DNA of 49,830 nt from positions 1-49,830 of the IMG/VR virus record IMGVR_UViG_3300017778_000538; one strand, 5' to 3'. Below are positions 45,272 to 49,830 of this stretch, piece after piece; the stretch's first letter is position 1; every line of letters starts with the position of its first letter. The position numbers were made by a program, and so were the translations under genes. Source of the stretch: a virus (Duplodnaviria; Caudoviricetes). Under the pieces are notes generated by a model. It made no database searches. It had not been told where the DNA came from and worked only from the letters and a program-made list of their open reading frames with translations.

Positions 45272-45538
45272 TTATGCCATTGGGCCCCGGGCCATCACAC
45301 CTTTGATAGCCGCGCCAGTACCACGGATTTTGATACCAGTTGTTTTAGTTGGCTCGTTACCAGCAGATTTGCTGATATTGCCCACGCTTACGTCAAACGA
45401 GTCTAACTTGCTACGGTTAGGTTCTTTGCCGGGATTTTCAGCAACGGTTACGCTACCGCCTGACATAGTGTGAGGTTTAGCGTAGAGGCTGGCAGGGCCA
45501 ACTTCTTTGCCCATGCGTTTCATGCTTTGTGTTGCCAT
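45272..45538 (-). CDS. Small basic late protein
   Basis: Ends RGTGAAIKGVMARGPMA. Confidence 0.75.
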   Translation of the reverse strand: MATQSMKRMGKEVGPASLYAKPHTMSGGSVTVAENPGKEPNRSKLDSFDVSVGNISKSAGNEPTKTTGIKIRGTGAAIKGVMARGPMA

Positions 45539-45541
45539 GAT

Positions 45542-45712
45542 TCACCCCGTTTTCTGATTAGCTGCGCGGGACAGGTTGCGACCAACTCGCATCCGGTCTT
45601 CAGATGTGGGGCCACCGGCCTTCATCTTTTTTACGTGCATACGTGACTCGTGACCCTTAACCATCTTCTTGGCCTCGGTATCTGCAATACGTTTGACAGT
45701 TTTTTTATCCAT
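45542..45712 (-). CDS. 56-aa basic late protein (not in the ORF track)
   Basis: Translated by hand: MDKKTVKRIA...HESRMH.KKMKAGG...GRNLSRAANQKTG; AGGAG RBS. Confidence 0.75.
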   Translation of the reverse strand: MDKKTVKRIADTEAKKMVKGHESRMHVKKMKAGGPTSEDRMRVGRNLSRAANQKTG

Positions 45713-45721
45713 GATTAACTC

Positions 45722-46111
45722 CTATGAAACCGTAATACTAACTATACCAACATTCGTCGTTGCAACCAAGTAGTTCTGCGTCAACGCAACGTCAAAAAAT
45801 GATGCCCCACCTACCGGGTACCAACCCCACTGAATATCTCTAGAGCCCCCCGAAGGGTACCCACTTGTGTTTGTGCCCGATGTAACATAAGTCGTGTCAT
45901 TACGCGGATTACGCACGGCCTGTGGATCATCTACTGGAAACATACCCAACTGCAACTGCGGTTGATCCGGGTCCCAGCACTCAGGACACACCAAAAGGTT
46001 GTATTCCTTAAGCTTGATAATCTCTTTCTTTAGCTGTTTCAGTTTATACCGTTGCCCACAGCGATCGCACTCTGCAATCGCCCTTTTTCCTGACGCAAAT
46101 CTATTGCCCAT
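45722..46111 (-). CDS. Zinc-ribbon late protein
   Basis: CDRCG...VCPECW.PD.PQL. Confidence 0.8.
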   Translation of the reverse strand: MGNRFASGKRAIAECDRCGQRYKLKQLKKEIIKLKEYNLLVCPECWDPDQPQLQLGMFPVDDPQAVRNPRNDTTYVTSGTNTSGYPSGGSRDIQWGWYPVGGASFFDVALTQNYLVATTNVGIVSITVS

Positions 46112-46114
46112 AAC

Positions 46115-47035
46115 TTAATTTATAAACATCTGACGTGGGACGAACCGCGACGCCGCTGATTCCCTGTCCTCCGTTGCAGCAAACTGCCATGCTTCGTCGT
46201 ACTGTGCTTTGAGGATGTCCAGCCGCATAGCCCCGTTAGGGACCTTCAGCGCCAAGTAGTAGGCCAAACCTGCAACCATGCAGGGTAAGAACCGGAAAGG
46301 TACATCCATTGTGTTTACACCGTTACCTGCATCGTCAATACGGCGCATGCGGTAATAAACTAATTGGTAAGTAGTAGTGTTGTCTGGGGTAGGCCATACC
46401 GTTACGCAGGGTAAGTTCTGCGCGTATACGGGAGTTCCGTTGATGTGCGACGCCGCAGTGGTGTAAGCCTGTCCACGGTAGCAATATAGAAGTTGAGTGC
46501 CAGAAACAGCGCCGTAGAAGATAATCTCTGACTCAATCATTACAAAGCCAGATGTAGCCAAACCTACTGTAGTAGCTACACTAATCGTAGTGTCTGTAGC
46601 TGTGATTGCGCTTGTCAAAACTGTACCAATAGCTGACCGCTCACCGTCAAGCCGCTGTATCCAAATCTGAATGGGGCGAGCTTGCTGAAGTTTGTTAGGG
46701 ATCGTAGCGTAGGTAGACACACTAATACGTGTGATTGTTAGGTCCGCTTGTGTCGAGGCAGTGCCTGCGCCAGTACGTATAACGTGCTCTAAAAGGTCTA
46801 CGGTGTCCACGGGTAGAGCATAAGTAGATAAGCCCGGAGTCAAGGTAATCGTCCCCTGCTCAAACGTCCACATGTTTACACCACGATTGGCCCAGTCTGC
46901 AAATAAAAGATTAAGGGAACGGCGAGCTGTCTTCAGGTCATAGCCCGTGCGCAGTTCAGAACCAGCACGTTCAAACGCCTCCTCTACCAATTCGGTAAGG
47001 TCTAGATTAAACGCTGAGGTTCCTGAGCTTGCCAT
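46115..47035 (-). CDS. Head-tail connector / tail tubular A-like protein
   Basis: EEAFERAG, ARRSLNLL..W.NRG.N.W, WPTPD and FLPCM.AGLAYY. Confidence 0.65.
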   Translation of the reverse strand: MASSGTSAFNLDLTELVEEAFERAGSELRTGYDLKTARRSLNLLFADWANRGVNMWTFEQGTITLTPGLSTYALPVDTVDLLEHVIRTGAGTASTQADLTITRISVSTYATIPNKLQQARPIQIWIQRLDGERSAIGTVLTSAITATDTTISVATTVGLATSGFVMIESEIIFYGAVSGTQLLYCYRGQAYTTAASHINGTPVYAQNLPCVTVWPTPDNTTTYQLVYYRMRRIDDAGNGVNTMDVPFRFLPCMVAGLAYYLALKVPNGAMRLDILKAQYDEAWQFAATEDRESAASRFVPRQMFIN

Positions 47036-47036
47036 A

Positions 47037-47402
47037 TTAGATCATTTTCCCACGGGTTTTGCCGCGTTGTGCGAGGCCATCGGCACGGCTGGAAGCTGTA
47101 ACTTTACCGCCTTTTGCCTTTTTTTCAATCATACCTTTAGGAAGCGGAGCCTCGTCTTGGACGATGTAGTCTCTTTCGCCCCTTTTAATAGCTTCGCGTT
47201 CCGATGCAATAGAGCGGCTGAGCCCCTTTCCCTTAGCTTCGTATTCTTTGGGTCCGGGGTATGAAATACCCGACTGATTTAAAAACGGCACTAAATTCAA
47301 CGCACCCGTTGCATACGACTTCAGTTTTGTTGAAGTTTTGCCGTGTTCTTTTTCATCGTCTTCCAGCTTGCGCAAATCACTTATATCAGTTGCTTTAGCC
47401 AT
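47037..47402 (-). CDS. Small basic late protein
   Basis: C-terminal AKGG...SSRADG.A.RGKTRGKMI. Confidence 0.8.
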   Translation of the reverse strand: MAKATDISDLRKLEDDEKEHGKTSTKLKSYATGALNLVPFLNQSGISYPGPKEYEAKGKGLSRSIASEREAIKRGERDYIVQDEAPLPKGMIEKKAKGGKVTASSRADGLAQRGKTRGKMI

Positions 47403-47743
47403 TATCTAAATCCCGCTGTTTTCTTTGCAATTGTTTTAGGCTGTGCTACGAATTGTTTTCCGGCGGCTTTCCCGGCTCGCTTGGCTTTGGTCGTTGCAGC
47501 ATACTCACTAGCGCTAAGACTTTTGATTGCAGCTTTTGGAAGGTAGCGCTCACCTGTGTCAGAAGATTTTTTACCACTTTTAGTTGTCCAATCTTGTTTG
47601 CCCCAGTCCTTGAGAGACTGTTGCGGTTTAGCCAAACCACCACCGGCCATTTTTTTCTTACCGGCACAGTGGGCCTTCTCTGAAAAACCTTTTGGGTTAT
47701 CGCAGTCTATAGACTTCTTGCGTTTATCAGACCACTTAGTCAC
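47402..47743 (-). CDS. Small basic late protein, possibly two modules
   Basis: GTG start at 47743 (alternative TTG 47635); KKSIDC.NPKGFS.KAHC joined to W.KQDW.TKSGK...ERYLP. Confidence 0.7.
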   Translation of the reverse strand: MTKWSDKRKKSIDCDNPKGFSEKAHCAGKKKMAGGGLAKPQQSLKDWGKQDWTTKSGKKSSDTGERYLPKAAIKSLSASEYAATTKAKRAGKAAGKQFVAQPKTIAKKTAGFR

Positions 47744-48026
47744 GGTACCCGCCACCTGCGGCTTTATACCGTTTAGCCATAACTTGAGCTTTACGTGCGG
47801 ACCACTGCCCTGCACCCGTACCTACGATCGCCGCAGCTTTGACGCTGTTAAAAATCCGTTTGCGTAAATCAGGCTTCGTGTAGTTACCCGCCGCATTTAC
47901 TTTGGATTTTACTTTGCCGCCTTCTGCATACATTTCGACCTTGTTCGGATCATCCTTACGAGTGATCGTCTTGCCTTTAGGCATCTTGGAGGGGTTGATG
48001 TTACCCATACCGCGACTGGCTAACAT
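47736..48026 (-). CDS. DUF5872-like basic protein
   Basis: YTKP.LR.RI...GQWSARKAQ..AK.YK..GGGY. Confidence 0.7.
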   Translation of the reverse strand: MLASRGMGNINPSKMPKGKTITRKDDPNKVEMYAEGGKVKSKVNAAGNYTKPDLRKRIFNSVKAAAIVGTGAGQWSARKAQVMAKRYKAAGGGYRD

Positions 48027-48027
48027 A

Positions 48028-48252
48028 TCAGCACATCCCGCCGTTTTTCATGGTAATCATCTTACCCTTGGTCTTGCCACGGGACTCGATACCGCCGCCA
48101 CGGATGGACCCACCCTTGGCCTTTTTTACGACTGGTTCATCCACTGGGACTGAATCAGGGTACGTCTTGGCTTTTGCCTGCTTAGGTGCGCTAGCCGCCT
48201 GTTTTGGCTTAGCTACAGGCTCGTCCACCGGAGTAGCGTCGGGGTATTTCAT
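48028..48252 (-). CDS. Small basic late protein
   Basis: YPD..PVDEPV twice; RGGG...RGKTKGKMI. Confidence 0.75.
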   Translation of the reverse strand: MKYPDATPVDEPVAKPKQAASAPKQAKAKTYPDSVPVDEPVVKKAKGGSIRGGGIESRGKTKGKMITMKNGGMC

Positions 48253-48780
48253 TTAGCAAATCTTTCCACGAGTTTTGCCTTTGGTAGCAATACCGTCGGC
48301 ACGGGACGAAGCAGATACTGAACCACCCGAAGCGTAGCTTGAGCTAGCTTTAAACTTAGGCTTCATAGCATCGCGGGCAGCAGCCATCGGTGACCTTCTT
48401 GTAAAAAGCTCTTTAAACTCTGTGGCTCTGCGGTTCCTACGTTCGTCTAGGGTCTCGGGTTTTTTAGGAGCCATCGCATTGTCCATTGCTCTTAATTTTG
48501 AACCTGTATCCGAAACACCAGACGGCTTAGGTTTACGCATTGCAGGCGCAGATTTAACTGGGGCTTCCGCCTCAACTTTGAGGCTGCGCATTGCTGGTGT
48601 AGCCATTGCTTTCTCATCACGATCGCCTTCAGTCATTGCACGTTGGCGCATCGTCATTGCAGCTTCATTTGCCGCTTCTTCTTCAGTTTGATCTACGATA
48701 CCGCGATTAGGATTACTAGCTAAGTCTTCTTCAGACATACCACCACGATCAAATCGTTTTGCACGTTTTTTAGTAGCCAT
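48253..48780 (-). CDS. Basic late protein
   Basis: C-terminal YASGG...SSRADGIATKGKTRGKIC; TAATG coupling. Confidence 0.8.
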   Translation of the reverse strand: MATKKRAKRFDRGGMSEEDLASNPNRGIVDQTEEEAANEAAMTMRQRAMTEGDRDEKAMATPAMRSLKVEAEAPVKSAPAMRKPKPSGVSDTGSKLRAMDNAMAPKKPETLDERRNRRATEFKELFTRRSPMAAARDAMKPKFKASSSYASGGSVSASSRADGIATKGKTRGKIC

Positions 48781-49193
48781 TAGCACTTCCCACCTTTCTT
48801 CATAGTGACTTGAGTGCCTTTGGTCATGCCGCGCTTGGCGATACCGTCAGGCTTAGGGCTGGTTTTGACAGCGCCCATCTTGGTCATACCACCGGCTTTG
48901 AGGCCAGCGTGAGCTTTGGATGCAGGTTTAGCTGCGTGTTTCGCTAGAGCCGCTGGCATAGCACTCTTAGCGCCGTCTTTTTTCTTAGCAATCATTGCCA
49001 TGAAGCCGGGGTTCATCTTAGTAGCCATAGTATCGCCGCCTTTCTTAAAAAGCTCTGTAGAGCCTTGGTTGGTTTTTGGATTGTTTACCTTCTGGAGATC
49101 AGCACGGTTGTGCCCACGAGTTGGAATTTTGATAGCCTTTGCAACGCTAGGTTTAGCTGGATTCTTAGGGTTCATTGGGTTAGCTTTCATCAC
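48780..49193 (-). CDS. Lys-rich late protein; possible internal start at 49028
   Basis: DGIAKRGMTKG...MKKGGKC; AAAGGCGG precedes the ATG at 49028. Confidence 0.7.
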   Translation of the reverse strand: MMKANPMNPKNPAKPSVAKAIKIPTRGHNRADLQKVNNPKTNQGSTELFKKGGDTMATKMNPGFMAMIAKKKDGAKSAMPAALAKHAAKPASKAHAGLKAGGMTKMGAVKTSPKPDGIAKRGMTKGTQVTMKKGGKC

Positions 49194-49435
49194 TTACCTC
49201 CGGGGATTGCGTGAATAATCTGGGCTACCATTGCGCCTACTAGACCACCTGCACCACCAAACATCATGAGCACTTTCCAGCCGCCTTTGGCTTCCGCAAG
49301 TGTTGTATTGATGTTGGCAATCATGGTTTTAATCTCTGCCATATCAGCAGACATTTTGTCCATATCACTTTGAAGGTGCGCAATATCCGCTGCGTGTGTA
49401 GCGAGTTCTCTTGCAGTTGAAACAGTTTCGTTCAT
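49190..49435 (-). CDS. Coiled-coil protein with a C-terminal TM segment
   Basis: Heptad repeats, then AKGGWKVL and a hydrophobic tail. Confidence 0.8.
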   Translation of the reverse strand: MNETVSTARELATHAADIAHLQSDMDKMSADMAEIKTMIANINTTLAEAKGGWKVLMMFGGAGGLVGAMVAQIIHAIPGGK

Positions 49436-49436
49436 A

Positions 49437-49694
49437 TCAGCATTTCCATCTAGCTAGTGAAGCAGCCTTACGAGTAGGTTTGCCTTTTTCGTCCTTCATT
49501 GGACCGGGCATACCAGACATACGGGCACAGAATGACTTCTTGCGAGCACCGCCTTGCGGCTGTGGCGCTTTAAGGTTTGATCCTGTGGCTGCGTTGTACT
49601 TAGCGCGGCCTTTAGCAGTCAGCCCAGCCCCTTTAGAGACCGGCAGCTTCTCGCCGCGACCTACCGAGAGAACCGGGCCTTTCTTTTTAGCCAT
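49437..49694 (-). CDS. DUF6321-like small basic protein
   Basis: GLTAKGR..YN...GSNLK.P...RKKSFCARM...SL.RWKC. Confidence 0.75.
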   Translation of the reverse strand: MAKKKGPVLSVGRGEKLPVSKGAGLTAKGRAKYNAATGSNLKAPQPQGGARKKSFCARMSGMPGPMKDEKGKPTRKAASLARWKC

Positions 49695-49830
49695 AATAAA
49701 TCTGCGTTGAGTCGATGTTGGTCATCAACGCATAAATGCCGTTAGCTGCAAGCACGCCCTCGCCCGGAATAACCGGCGCATTACTAAAAGTATCTGTTGA
49801 GTCTATTTCATAAGTCATCAACCAGCGCCC
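49687..49830 (-). CDS. 3' end of a virion protein, truncated by the window edge
   Basis: Open frame ...IPGEGVLAANGIYALMTNIDSTQIYYG-stop. Confidence 0.7.
   Translation of the reverse strand, partial: GRWLMTYEIDSTDTFSNAPVIPGEGVLAANGIYALMTNIDSTQIYYG

Noticed and set aside
1-49830. Stop-codon reassignment, prophage boundaries or a phage RNA polymerase
   Set aside because: Genes are intact and densely packed in the standard code; no host genes, att/integrase or RNA polymerase motifs were recognised.

Overview
The window is about 50 kb of a tailed dsDNA bacteriophage genome (Caudoviricetes) read in the standard genetic code, with two convergent arms that meet at 22167-22170. The + arm (1-22170) holds a structured control region (263-1056), near-consensus sigma70 promoters, many small early genes, a DUF3150-like/AAA+/vWA-metallopeptidase module and a replication block (VRR-NUC, DUF3310, family A polymerase, PD-(D/E)XK exonuclease, SNF2 helicase, SSB-like protein, primase-helicase). 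The - arm (22167-49830) holds podovirus-type late genes: small basic virion proteins, head-tail and tail proteins, a gp38-like polyglycine adhesin, lysis genes, a tail tube and large ejection proteins. An accessory block (TctC/Bug binding protein, PP-loop enzyme, two 2OG-Fe(II) oxygenases) sits between the adhesin and the endolysin. No terminase, portal, major capsid, integrase or RNA polymerase is recognisable; the head genes probably lie past the right edge. The strongest unexplained signals are: (1) a 23-nt hairpin motif in five co-oriented copies, two starting exactly 40 nt after a promoter -10 box behind a second hairpin, which suggests an RNA antitermination or leader system; (2) 14 TAGAACA repeats around an IHF consensus site and an AT-rich tract; (3) shared peptide motifs across the late proteins; (4) the adhesin-linked accessory block. 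All family assignments come from motif recognition by eye; no searches were run.
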